This document shows positions 47,659 to 63,777 of a stretch of 64,000 bases of DNA, in pieces. Under the pieces are notes generated by a model. That model was not told the DNA's origin, did not search any database, and worked only from the letters and a program-made list of their open reading frames with translations. The stretch comes from an uncultured bacterium (GTDB taxonomy: Bacteria; Patescibacteriota; Minisyncoccia; Phycocordibacterales; Phycocordibacteraceae), in NCBI GenBank assembly GCA_963851445.1, contig CAWKPH010000001.1:489363-553362 (forward strand), read 5' to 3'. Numbering within the stretch: the first letter of the stretch is position 1; every line of letters starts with the position of its first letter. The position numbers and the translations under genes are program-made.

Positions 47659-48285
47659 ATGAGACTGATTCTTGGAGTTGATGAGGCTGGGAGGGGGCCA
47701 CTCGCAGGACCCCTTGCGGTCGGAACAATTGCCGTTCCTGAGGGAACCAATCTACTTGAGATATTTCCAGGCCTTAATGACTCAAAACAGCTCTCTGAAG
47801 AGATGCGTGAAAGGATCTTCGGACAATTAGAAGAAAGCGTCTTGCGTGGAGAAGTGCGATTCCATGTCCAACTGGTGGGTCCGAAGTATATCGATACAGA
47901 AGGTCTCACGGAAGCGATTGGCGTGGGCGTCCGAAGCGGTGTGAGGATGCTCTTGCCCAACCCGTCACTTGGAAAGGTCTTCCTAGATGGTTCGCTCAAG
48001 GCGCCTGAGGAATATGACCAGGAAACCATCATAAAAGGGGACACACTGATCCCTGAGATTATGCTCGCTTCAATCGCCGCAAAAGTGACCCGTGATCGAC
48101 GTATGGTACAGCTTGGGCATAAATATCCTCAATACGGATTCGAAATACATAAAGGATATGGCACCGAAGCCCACTATCAAGCACTGCGAGAGCATGGGCC
48201 CTGCAAGATACATAGGCAATTATTTCTACGAAAATTCAACAATGCAATGCTGGAAGAAAAAACGGAAATGGATTCGCCGGCATAA
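47659..48285 (+). CDS. rnhB: Ribonuclease HII
   Basis: 'MRLILGVDEAGRGPLAGPLAVGTIAV' is the RNase HII catalytic N-terminus; length 208 aa. Confidence 0.85.
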   Translation: MRLILGVDEAGRGPLAGPLAVGTIAVPEGTNLLEIFPGLNDSKQLSEEMRERIFGQLEESVLRGEVRFHVQLVGPKYIDTEGLTEAIGVGVRSGVRMLLPNPSLGKVFLDGSLKAPEEYDQETIIKGDTLIPEIMLASIAAKVTRDRRMVQLGHKYPQYGFEIHKGYGTEAHYQALREHGPCKIHRQLFLRKFNNAMLEEKTEMDSPA

Positions 48286-48393
48286 TTTTAGAAATTGATA
48301 AAAAATGAGGCAATTTGCCGCATTCATTTCTGAGCAATTTCTACGACGATCTCTTTCTGGCCTTTTCACGTGACTTGTGCTACGGTGTGACCC

Positions 48394-48759
48394 ATGTCAG
48401 TCCGAATGCGCCATACGAGCTCCCACAGCAAGAATCGTCGAAGTCACCATGCTTTATCGAATGCTACTATCGTGACCGATAAGGAAAGTGGCAAGCTTCG
48501 CTTGCCCCACACTCTTGATGAATCGACCGGTATGTATCGAGGCATTCAGATTGTTCCCAAAAAAGAGATTCGCAAAGAAGAGAAGAAGGACGAAGCGAAA
48601 ACTAAGCATAAGCGCGAGCACACTCCTGCTGGCGGCGTGAATGAACCCATCCATACTGAAAAGCATCAAGCGAAAGAGAAAAGTGAAAGACAATCACAAG
48701 GACTGTTCGAGAAAGTCACTCATGACAGAACTCGTTCGCGGTCGGGCACTGGTTCCTAA
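48394..48759 (+). CDS. Small basic low-complexity hypothetical protein
   Basis: 121-aa K/E/R-rich ORF followed at 48773-48793 by a small hairpin (ccgc ttcaa gcgg) plus TTTTT. No homology recognised. Confidence 0.25.
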   Translation: MSVRMRHTSSHSKNRRSHHALSNATIVTDKESGKLRLPHTLDESTGMYRGIQIVPKKEIRKEEKKDEAKTKHKREHTPAGGVNEPIHTEKHQAKEKSERQSQGLFEKVTHDRTRSRSGTGS

Positions 48760-48873
48760 GAATAGATATGCAAACCCGCTTCAAGCGGTTTTTGCTTATA
48801 CACTTTATACACCTCATTACGCCTATTCAGAGCGTCCTAATATTGTTACTCTAGTAAGGTACTGCTCTTTCAT

Positions 48874-49785
48874 ATGGCCAATCGGCATCTAGCACGTTCA
48901 GTCGTTCTTCAAACACTTTTTGAGTGGGATACAACGCATGCCCAGGACGAGAATGTTATCGAAATTCTAGATCGCAACGTTGAAGAATTTGGGGGCGAGG
49001 ATACCGATCGCGTCTTTATGGAACAGCTTCTCAAGGGTGTCATCGCGAAACGTCAAGACCTTGACCTTGTTATAGGCAAGGCGGCCCCCGATTGGCCTAT
49101 TGAAAAGATCGCACCCGTTGATCGGAATATTTTACGCATTGGACTCTTCGAGCTCTTGTTTGCTGACCGTACACAAGTTCCGGCGAAAGTTGCAATCAAT
49201 GAGGCCATTGAGCTTGCAAAAATCTTCGGCGGTGAATCATCAGGTCGATTTGTGAACGGCGTGCTTGGCGCTGTATACAAAGAGATGGGCGAGCCTGGTA
49301 AAGACGAAACCGGGAAAAAGCAAAAGGTAAGCCGTGCGGAACTTCCGCTACAGCAGTTAGGAGGTGCAATCGTTTATGCATACCACGAAGGGCAGTATTA
49401 CCTCGCGCTTGTGCACGATGTTTTTGGGCATTGGACCCTATCGAAGGGCAAGCTCGAACCAGGAGAAAATGTAGAACAAGGAACAATCCGCGAAATCAAA
49501 GAAGAAATGGGCGTGGACATAACAATCGAGGCAAAGATCGGTGAGAACGAATACATCGCGTCGCACCCTGAAAAAGGGAAGTTCCGCAAGCACGTAAGTT
49601 ATTTTCTCGCACGCTCGGAATTTGAACCTCTCAAACTTCAAGAGGAAAAAGGGGGTCTCGACGATGTGCGCTGGTTTCGCCTAACCGATATTCTTGACCT
49701 TAACTTCTACGATGATATGCTGCCAATCGTAACGGCGGCGGTGCAGAAAATACTCGACACAGCACCCAAGCCCCGAGCCTCATAA
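48874..49785 (+). CDS. nusB: NusB-like antitermination domain fused to a C-terminal NUDIX hydrolase domain
   Basis: N-terminal ~135 aa: 'ARSVVLQTLFEWD...DRNILRIGLFELLFADRTQVPAKVAINEAIELAKIFGGESSGRFVNGVLGAV' (NusB). C-terminal Nudix box 'GKLEPGENVEQGTIREIKEEMGV' (Gx5Ex7REUxEExGU) in the same uninterrupted ORF. Confidence 0.75.
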   Translation: MANRHLARSVVLQTLFEWDTTHAQDENVIEILDRNVEEFGGEDTDRVFMEQLLKGVIAKRQDLDLVIGKAAPDWPIEKIAPVDRNILRIGLFELLFADRTQVPAKVAINEAIELAKIFGGESSGRFVNGVLGAVYKEMGEPGKDETGKKQKVSRAELPLQQLGGAIVYAYHEGQYYLALVHDVFGHWTLSKGKLEPGENVEQGTIREIKEEMGVDITIEAKIGENEYIASHPEKGKFRKHVSYFLARSEFEPLKLQEEKGGLDDVRWFRLTDILDLNFYDDMLPIVTAAVQKILDTAPKPRAS

Positions 49786-50475
49786 ATGCCTGACTTTTCT
49801 GAATACGCTAAGAAACTTGAATTAACTTTTAGTAACCTTGATCTCTTTGTCGAGGCGCTCACCCATCGTTCCTATCTAAACGAGAATCGTGATGCAGTCC
49901 ACGCTCATAATGAACGGCTCGAATTTCTCGGTGATGCCGTACTGGAACTTGCAGTTACTCACTTTCTTTTTCATAAATTTCCCGATCGTGATGAAGGTGA
50001 TCTAACTGCGTATCGGGCCTCGCTTGTGAATACCGTGTCGCTCGCACACATTTCACAAACACTCGGACTCAACGATATGCTCCTGCTTTCAAAAGGGGAA
50101 GCCAAGGATACTGGACGCGCAAGACAGATCATCCTTGCAAACGCTTTTGAGGCACTCCTTGGTGCCATTTATCTCGATCAGGGATATGAGGTTGCAGAAT
50201 CGTTTCTTGCGAAGCATCTTTACAATAAAATCGACGACGTGATCAAGACACGTGCCTGGCAGGATGCAAAGAGTCATTTTCAAGAAGTCGCGCAGGATAA
50301 GGAAAACACAACACCTCACTATCAAACCATTCACGAAGAAGGTCCTGATCACGACAAACATTTCACGGTCGGGGTATATCTTGGCAGCAAGGAGATTGCA
50401 CAGGGCGTTGGTAAATCAAAGCAGGAGGCTGAGCAAGAAGCGGCAAAAAATGCGCTTGCGAAGACCGGCTGGTAG
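49786..50475 (+). CDS. rnc: Ribonuclease III
   Basis: RNase III signature 'HNERLEFLGDAVLELAVTHFLF'; C-terminal dsRBD 'KSHFQEVAQDK...HFTVGVYLGSKEIAQGVGKSKQEAEQEAAKNAL'. Start codon overlaps the upstream stop (taaATG). Confidence 0.9.
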   Translation: MPDFSEYAKKLELTFSNLDLFVEALTHRSYLNENRDAVHAHNERLEFLGDAVLELAVTHFLFHKFPDRDEGDLTAYRASLVNTVSLAHISQTLGLNDMLLLSKGEAKDTGRARQIILANAFEALLGAIYLDQGYEVAESFLAKHLYNKIDDVIKTRAWQDAKSHFQEVAQDKENTTPHYQTIHEEGPDHDKHFTVGVYLGSKEIAQGVGKSKQEAEQEAAKNALAKTGW

Positions 50476-50510
50476 TAACGTAAGCTCTTTGGTGCGGTAT
50501 ACTTTTACAA

Positions 50511-52724
50511 ATGCTGAAGCGACTCGAGATCGCTGGTTTCAAATCATTCGCGCGTAAGACGGTGCTTGATTTCTCTGCACAGGCGACTGCGATTGTGGGA
50601 CCAAACGGATCGGGCAAATCGAACCTTGCAGAAGCCTTTCGTTTCGCTCTCGGCGAGCAGTCGATGAAGAGTATGCGCGGGAAGCGCAGCGAGGACCTCA
50701 TCTTTGCGGGTTCGCACACAATTCAGCGCGCGAATCGTGCGGCGGTTGCGATTGTATTTGATAATACGCGACGTATATTTCCGAGACTTGATTTCGATGA
50801 AGTCATTGTCGAGCGAGCGGTTTTTCGCGATGGCAACAGCGAGTACTCGATAAATGGTAGTCGTGTACGCTTGCGAGATGTACAGGAACTCCTCGCAAGT
50901 GCGAATATCGGCGAAACGGGACACCACATCATTTCCCAAGGCGAGGCAGATCGCATATTACTTGCTGCCCCGCGCGAGCGACGCGCAATGCTCGAGGACG
51001 CGCTCGGCCTTAAGACATTTGAATTCAAGAAACAGGAAGCAGAGCGTAAACTCGAAAAGACCGAGGAGAATGTTAAGCAAGTAGAGTCGCTGCGTCGAGA
51101 GATAGCGCCACACATCAGATTTCTTTCAAAACAGGTCGAACGTCTCGAGCGTGCTGACGAGCTCCGCCGAGATCTTCAGACCGCATACCAGACGTATTTT
51201 GCGGTCGAAGAGACCTATCTTTCGGTTGAAAAAGAACAAACCGAAAAAGAGCTCAGCGAAACTGATGATCGTCTTCGGGTTCTGGAACGTGAACTTGCCG
51301 AATACGAAAAAAAGACTGCGCACGATACAGCCGGTATGCAGCGGACACAGGCAGTGCGCGAAGCTGAGCGAGAAGTGGATCGGATCACGAGTGAGCGAGC
51401 AGGACTTGCTCGAGAGCTCGGTCGTGTTGAAGGAGCTGTCGAATCAGCACGCAAGCGAAGCATCCAAATGGCTCGGGATTCATATGTGAAGGTGTCTCGC
51501 GATGATCTCGCAAGCCTGAAGAGTGAAGTCGATCGTCAGAGCATGATTAGCGAGACAAGCGATACTTCAGCATTCCGTGCAGCTCTAGAATCAATACATC
51601 GCGCAGTCACAAATTTCTTTGAACGATTTGCAACCCCAAACGATGATTATCTCTCTGAAGAGGAGAAAACGGTTTTCTCTCTCGAAAAGGAACATGGTGA
51701 ACTTGTTGCAAAGGAAGAGACACTGAGCGCGGGGCTTGAGGAGGCGCGCACGAAACTTGCTCGCATGCGTGAAGCTATAATCGCGCATGAGGAAACTGGC
51801 CGTGAGGAAAATCACCGCATGCTCGGACTCGTCGAAACGAAAGCTCGTGAAGAGGGGATCATAAGCAAGTGCAAGACGCATCTCGAGCGCCTCGTGTTGC
51901 TCAAGGCTCAGTTTGAGCGCGAGCGCGGCGAGGCTCTCGCACTAGCAGGAACGCCGGCACTCTCCTACGTCGGTGTTGAAGAGCTTCCTCGTGAGGAGCG
52001 CAGCGCACAAGAAGATCGGCTACGTGTTATCGAACGTCTTAAAATCCGCGTTGAGGAAGCAGGTGGTGCAGGTGAGGATGTGCGTTCAGAATATAAGGAT
52101 TCGGTTGAGAGAGAGGCATTTCTTGCACGAGAGCTTGAGGACCTTTCAAAATCAGCTGCTGGTCTACGCTCTTTGATCAAGGAGCTTGATGAAGAGTTGA
52201 GCAAGACATTTTCCGATGGCCTACGTAAGGTAAATATATCTTTTAATGAATTTTTTGCACTTATGTTTGGCGGCGGCAAAGCAGAACTCGTGCTTGAAGA
52301 ACTAACAAATGAAGATGACGAAGAAGAAAGTATGGATGAAGTACCGCACGAACTTCATATACATCGTAAACCTGGCATTGAAGTTAGTGTAAACCTTCCG
52401 AAAAAGCGTGTGCAATCACTAATGCAACTTTCAGGGGGCGAACGAGCCCTCACCTCAATTGCGCTCATCTTCGCAATGAGCCAGGTGAACCCGCCGCCGT
52501 TTCTCATTCTCGACGAGACTGATGCAGCGCTCGATGAGGCAAATTCGCGCCGCTATGGTGATATGATCGAGAGCCTAGCGAAACGTTCCCAGCTAATCGT
52601 AATTTCTCACAACCGCGAAACAATGAGCCGAGCTGGTATTTTATATGGTGTAACTATGAGCGCCGACGGTGTCTCGAAACTGCTCTCCGTTAAATTTGAA
52701 GAAGCTGCTGCTGTCGCCAAATAA
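50511..52724 (+). CDS. smc: SMC-family chromosome segregation ATPase, unusually short (737 aa)
   Basis: N-terminal head 'MLKRLEIAGFKSF...IVGPNGSGKSNLAEAFRFALGEQSMKSMRG'; C-terminal head 'LSGGERALTSIALIFAMSQVNPPPFLILDETDAALDEAN'; long E/R/L-rich coiled coil between. rnc-smc synteny conserved. Confidence 0.75.
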   Translation: MLKRLEIAGFKSFARKTVLDFSAQATAIVGPNGSGKSNLAEAFRFALGEQSMKSMRGKRSEDLIFAGSHTIQRANRAAVAIVFDNTRRIFPRLDFDEVIVERAVFRDGNSEYSINGSRVRLRDVQELLASANIGETGHHIISQGEADRILLAAPRERRAMLEDALGLKTFEFKKQEAERKLEKTEENVKQVESLRREIAPHIRFLSKQVERLERADELRRDLQTAYQTYFAVEETYLSVEKEQTEKELSETDDRLRVLERELAEYEKKTAHDTAGMQRTQAVREAEREVDRITSERAGLARELGRVEGAVESARKRSIQMARDSYVKVSRDDLASLKSEVDRQSMISETSDTSAFRAALESIHRAVTNFFERFATPNDDYLSEEEKTVFSLEKEHGELVAKEETLSAGLEEARTKLARMREAIIAHEETGREENHRMLGLVETKAREEGIISKCKTHLERLVLLKAQFERERGEALALAGTPALSYVGVEELPREERSAQEDRLRVIERLKIRVEEAGGAGEDVRSEYKDSVEREAFLARELEDLSKSAAGLRSLIKELDEELSKTFSDGLRKVNISFNEFFALMFGGGKAELVLEELTNEDDEEESMDEVPHELHIHRKPGIEVSVNLPKKRVQSLMQLSGGERALTSIALIFAMSQVNPPPFLILDETDAALDEANSRRYGDMIESLAKRSQLIVISHNRETMSRAGILYGVTMSADGVSKLLSVKFEEAAAVAK

Positions 52725-52765
52725 ACAAAGATACCAGTCTATACTCACGACTCTACAAGGAATCT

Positions 52766-54760
52766 TTATTGCTGTTCTATCAAACCGAAATCAAGTTCGC
52801 GCTCAGGAAGTCGCACCGCAATAAGTTTTACGCGAATTGGGTCGCCAAGCGCATACTGCTTCTTGCTTCGCTCACCGACAAGTCGATACCGCTTCTCGTC
52901 GTAAATATAGTAGTCATTACCAAGGTCGCGGATGCGAACCATTCCCTCCGCATGAGTTTCCTTAAGCTCTACATATAGGCCGCGATCCGAAACACCACTG
53001 ATGACTCCGTCAAATTCCTGTCCTAACTTGTCAGCCATAAATTCGACCAGCTTCATCTTGATTGAATCGCGCTCGGCATGCGCCGCTGCGACTTCACGTT
53101 CGCTTGAATGGAGCGCAAGCGCATCAAGCTCCTGAAGCTCTTCTTTTGATACTTTTTCTCCGCTATTGAAATGTTTCACCATACGGTGCACGAGAAGATC
53201 AGGATACCGACGAATCGGGGACGTAAAATGAGTATAAAAAGAAAAAGCGAGCCCAAAGTGACCGATGTTACGCGTTGTATAGGTCGCTTTCGCCATGGAC
53301 CGGAGTGCTGCTGTTTTAATCAAATATTCCTCTGGTGTACCTTCGACTTTTTTCAAGAGTGTATTAAGGTCTGTTCCCTTAACTCTGCCTGCTTGGGTTG
53401 GGAGCTCGTATCCCATAACTTTCAGAAATTGAGATAGATCTTCAATGCGATCAGCATTCGGGACGTCGTGTACACGATAAATAAAGCCGTTCTCTAGATT
53501 CACTTTTTTCGATTCATCAGCGAGTTCTTCAGCAACCGATTCGTTTGCCAGAAGCATGAAATCTTCAATAAGAAGATTTGTGTCTTTGCGTTCTTTAAGT
53601 ACGACCTCGATTGGCTTGCCAGTCTCATCAAGCTTCACTTTCACTTCTGCAGTATCGAATTCGATTGCGCCCTTGGCAATGCGGCGAGCGCGAATCTTCT
53701 TCGAAAGGTCGCGAATAGCAATGAGTTCATCTTTCATGTCACCAGTGCCAGTATCGAGAACCTCCTGTGCATCCTCATACGTAAAGCGACGGTCAGAATG
53801 GATGACGGTCTCACCAAACCACTTCTTCAGTACATTCGCATCTCTATCAAGCACAAACACGGCAGACACAGACAAACGATCCTCGTGTGGATTGAGCGAG
53901 CATAAATTATTTGAAAGTACTTCCGGAAGCATTGGAATGGTGCGATCAACAAGGTAGACAGAGGTTGCACGTACCTCAGCTTCTTCATTGATTGCCATAC
54001 CAGGACGCACAAAGAAAGAGACGTCAGCGATATGTACACCTACCTCAATATTCCCATCGCCGAGGAATTTCACTGAAATTGCATCATCAAAGTCCTTCGC
54101 GTCGAAAGGGTCAATCGTGAATGTGTGAACGTTTCGGAAATCACGCCTGCGTCCGCTTGTAATCCCCTCGGTAACGTCTTTTGTGATCATCGCTTTTCCA
54201 TCCGCCTCAAGTTTCTTCGCTTCTGAAATGACTCCCGGAGGGAACTCAGAACGAAACCCCTCAGCAAGTGCGAGTGCGCGCATTTCTGTCTCATGGATTC
54301 CTGCAGGGCCAATAATTTCTTCAACCGTTCCCCAGGGATAGGGATTACTCTCTACCCATCCTTTAAACCGAAGCACAATTTTGAACCCAAGCGGCAGATT
54401 CTCGCCTCGCACCTCGAACGGTGTGTACATTTTCTTCCAATCAGGAATCATCAAAATTTGGCCATGTGGTGCTCCTGGCGTCGTATCCTCAACGAGCTTC
54501 CCAACAAATGTCTCGCGAGATCGTGAAGTAACTTCGAGTACCTTTCCTGCTGCCCGTTTAACTCCACCACGAGTACCATCGATATATCCAGCGCTCGCGA
54601 CCTTAACCGTGTCGCCAGGGAATGCGCCGCCAAGCCACTCACGCGGTATTAGGAGATCTTCTAGCGGCTTACCATCCTTATCGAAGCCAATAGGCATGAA
54701 GCCGATGCCCCGCGGTGTAATCACGATTGGTCCTTCGTATATCTTCGATTCAGAATTCAT
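52766..54760 (-). CDS. rnr: Ribonuclease R / RNase II-family 3'-5' exoribonuclease
   Basis: RNB-domain signature 'HFGLAFSFYTHFTSPIRRYPDLLVHR'; N-terminal cold-shock/OB region and C-terminal S1-like 'GVISGVSDRGLYVELKETHAEGMVRIRDL'. Confidence 0.85.
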   Translation of the reverse strand: MNSESKIYEGPIVITPRGIGFMPIGFDKDGKPLEDLLIPREWLGGAFPGDTVKVASAGYIDGTRGGVKRAAGKVLEVTSRSRETFVGKLVEDTTPGAPHGQILMIPDWKKMYTPFEVRGENLPLGFKIVLRFKGWVESNPYPWGTVEEIIGPAGIHETEMRALALAEGFRSEFPPGVISEAKKLEADGKAMITKDVTEGITSGRRRDFRNVHTFTIDPFDAKDFDDAISVKFLGDGNIEVGVHIADVSFFVRPGMAINEEAEVRATSVYLVDRTIPMLPEVLSNNLCSLNPHEDRLSVSAVFVLDRDANVLKKWFGETVIHSDRRFTYEDAQEVLDTGTGDMKDELIAIRDLSKKIRARRIAKGAIEFDTAEVKVKLDETGKPIEVVLKERKDTNLLIEDFMLLANESVAEELADESKKVNLENGFIYRVHDVPNADRIEDLSQFLKVMGYELPTQAGRVKGTDLNTLLKKVEGTPEEYLIKTAALRSMAKATYTTRNIGHFGLAFSFYTHFTSPIRRYPDLLVHRMVKHFNSGEKVSKEELQELDALALHSSEREVAAAHAERDSIKMKLVEFMADKLGQEFDGVISGVSDRGLYVELKETHAEGMVRIRDLGNDYYIYDEKRYRLVGERSKKQYALGDPIRVKLIAVRLPERELDFGLIEQQ

Positions 54761-54835
54761 TTACTTAGACTCTAGCAGATACGTAGATAAGCCGCCATTG
54801 ATTCTTTGAGGGATTTCTGATACCCTTGCCTCACT

Positions 54836-55318
54836 ATGTTGATGATCCGTTTTCAACGCATCGGCCGGAGGAATGATCCGGCTTTTCGCATTGCCGTCCT
54901 CGAAAAGACCGCAGGTCCTAAGGCAGGAAAATATGTCGAATTAGTGGGAACCTATAACCCAAAAACTAAGGAGACGAACTTAAAGCCAGAACGCATCAAA
55001 GATTGGATTTCCAAGGGCGCTCAGGTTTCTCCGTCACTCCACAATCTTCTCGTGAGCAAGGGAGTGTATGAGGCCAAGAAAATTAACGTTCTTCCGAAGA
55101 AGACCGTTCCCGTAAAAGAGACCGTTCCCGAGGTCACGCCAGCTCCTGCCGCAGAGGCTCCTCCTGAGATTCCGGAAACAATCCCTGCTGCAGAAGAAGT
55201 GGTATCAGAAGTTCCAGCTGAAATGCCGACTGAAGCTGAGGTAGAAGTAGAAGCAGTTGATGCAAGCCCCGAAGAAGAGAGTGCTTCTGACGAAGCAGAA
55301 GCACCTGCGGCAGAGTAG
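54836..55318 (+). CDS. rpsP: 30S ribosomal protein S16 with A/P/E-rich C-terminal extension
   Basis: 'MLMIRFQRIGRRNDPAFRIAVLEKTAGPKAGKYVELVGTYNP' matches the S16 family. Confidence 0.85.
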   Translation: MLMIRFQRIGRRNDPAFRIAVLEKTAGPKAGKYVELVGTYNPKTKETNLKPERIKDWISKGAQVSPSLHNLLVSKGVYEAKKINVLPKKTVPVKETVPEVTPAPAAEAPPEIPETIPAAEEVVSEVPAEMPTEAEVEVEAVDASPEEESASDEAEAPAAE

Positions 55319-55409
55319 GCTGCTTCGAGGCAGCAAGTAGGTCACGAACTTGCTTACCGGTTCCTTTGTAACATGCTCGTATTCTTAAACGCCGAATAAT
55401 CTTTACGCC

Positions 55410-55718
55410 ATGCAAGAACAAGACTACGCTTTCCTGGAATACGTTATCAAGTCCCTCGTCGACCATAAGGACGAAGTAATAATCACGCGCACTGTCGATG
55501 AAATGGGAGTACTTCTCACTTTGACTGTAAGTCCGACTGATATGCCAAAGATTATCGGACGTGATGGCAATATCGCAAAGGCACTGCGAACACTTCTGCG
55601 CGTCGTGGGTATGCGCCACAATGCACGTGTCAATCTTAAGATCAACGAGCCAATAGGTGGCAAGCGCCGTCCAGAGGAGATGAAGACCATTGACCAGGTA
55701 GTCGACGAACTGAGTTAG
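55410..55718 (+). CDS. KH-domain RNA-binding protein (YlqC/UPF0109-like)
   Basis: 'LVDHKDEVIITRTVDEMGVLLTLTVSPTDMPKIIGRDGNIAKALRTLLRVVG' (KH GxxG-like loop 'IGRDGN'); conserved position between rpsP and trmD. Confidence 0.75.
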   Translation: MQEQDYAFLEYVIKSLVDHKDEVIITRTVDEMGVLLTLTVSPTDMPKIIGRDGNIAKALRTLLRVVGMRHNARVNLKINEPIGGKRRPEEMKTIDQVVDELS

Positions 55719-55765
55719 TAAAATTCAATAGGATCTACTAGGGGATCTTTAATGAAAAACTCTAT

Positions 55766-56441
55766 ATGGCTGCAATCCGATTCCATTTGGTGACGCTCTT
55801 TCAAGAGGCCTGTAAACCCTATTTAAGCGCTTCTATCGTAGGACGAGCTCAGAAGCAGAAATATATAAAGATTTTCTATCAGAACCCACGTGATTTTGTC
55901 ACCAATAGATGGGGAAAAGTCGACGAGCGTCCATATGGTGGTGGTCCGGGAATGGTTATGACTGCGCTACCCGTTGTCAAATCCGTGAAGAAGGCACTCA
56001 CTGCTAGGACAGATAAAAAGAAAATCGCCATTGTATGGTTTGTGCCTGGCTCAAAAGCGTTTACGAATAGCGACGCTGACAGGTTAGCAAAATTTAATGA
56101 CATCGTACTCGTGTGTGGACGATATGAAGGTATCGATGAACGCGCGTTGAAAATTTTTCAAGACCATGGGAATTGTAAAAACGTATTCCGTAGGAGAAGC
56201 CACTTTAACTGGTGGAGAAGTTCCTGCACTCGCGGTCATAGATGCCATAACACGCAGGCTCCCAGGAGTTCTCGGAAAGGACGCTTCAATCGAAGAGCGT
56301 CGCGTGGCTTCGCACGAGGTGTATACAAGACCCGAAACCATTGAATGGAAGGGCAAAAACTACAAAATACCGAAAGTTCTGCAAACCGGTCACCATGCGA
56401 ATATCAATTCCTGGCGCTCAAAACCAAGTCGCAAAGCATAA
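55766..56441 (+). CDS. trmD: tRNA (guanine37-N1)-methyltransferase, interrupted by one frameshift near 56165
   Basis: N-terminal 'IRFHLVTLFQEACKPYLSASIVGRAQ...NPRDF...VDERPYGGGPGMVM...LVCGRYEGIDERA' in frame 2; C-terminal 'GEATLTGGEVPALAVIDAITRRLPGVLGKDASIEE...YTRPE...VPKVLQTGHHANINSWR' in frame 3 (ORF 56166..56441). Confidence 0.8.
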
Positions 56442-56694
56442 CAAGAATTTATTCCACAGGCTCTGTTAAGGGTAGTTGACGGCAGACAGGGGTTCGCGTT
56501 ACTATAGGCATACGAGATTGAGTAACGAAGGGCGGTTACGTTATGTGCAGGCAATAAAAGCCGTGGGGAAGATTTAGGGCAGAAAACCAGTTGGAGAGTA
56601 CTTTTATCAGCGCCTCGGAAAACGAGTAGCGCCGCTCGTACGTATGTACGAGCCGTTCGACGTTTTATACCTTGGCTATCTTCATATAATCTAC

Positions 56695-63664
<6,970 letters not shown>

Positions 63665-63777
63665 ACTTAACAATGAGAAGGAAATGTGCGATGGAAAACA
63701 CTGGGTGGAATCCGGTGTTTTCCAAGTAAAATTCGTAAGGCGCGAATATGTTAATTTTGGAGTAAAATTAGAGAACG

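Noticed and set aside
47598-48044. 149-codon N-terminal extension of the dnaE ORF (start at 48044)
   Set aside because: The extension is S/P/T-rich low complexity and overlaps the well-supported rnhB gene on the other strand. The PHP-domain start 'MSRFIHLHTHT' at 47597 matches DnaE N-termini.
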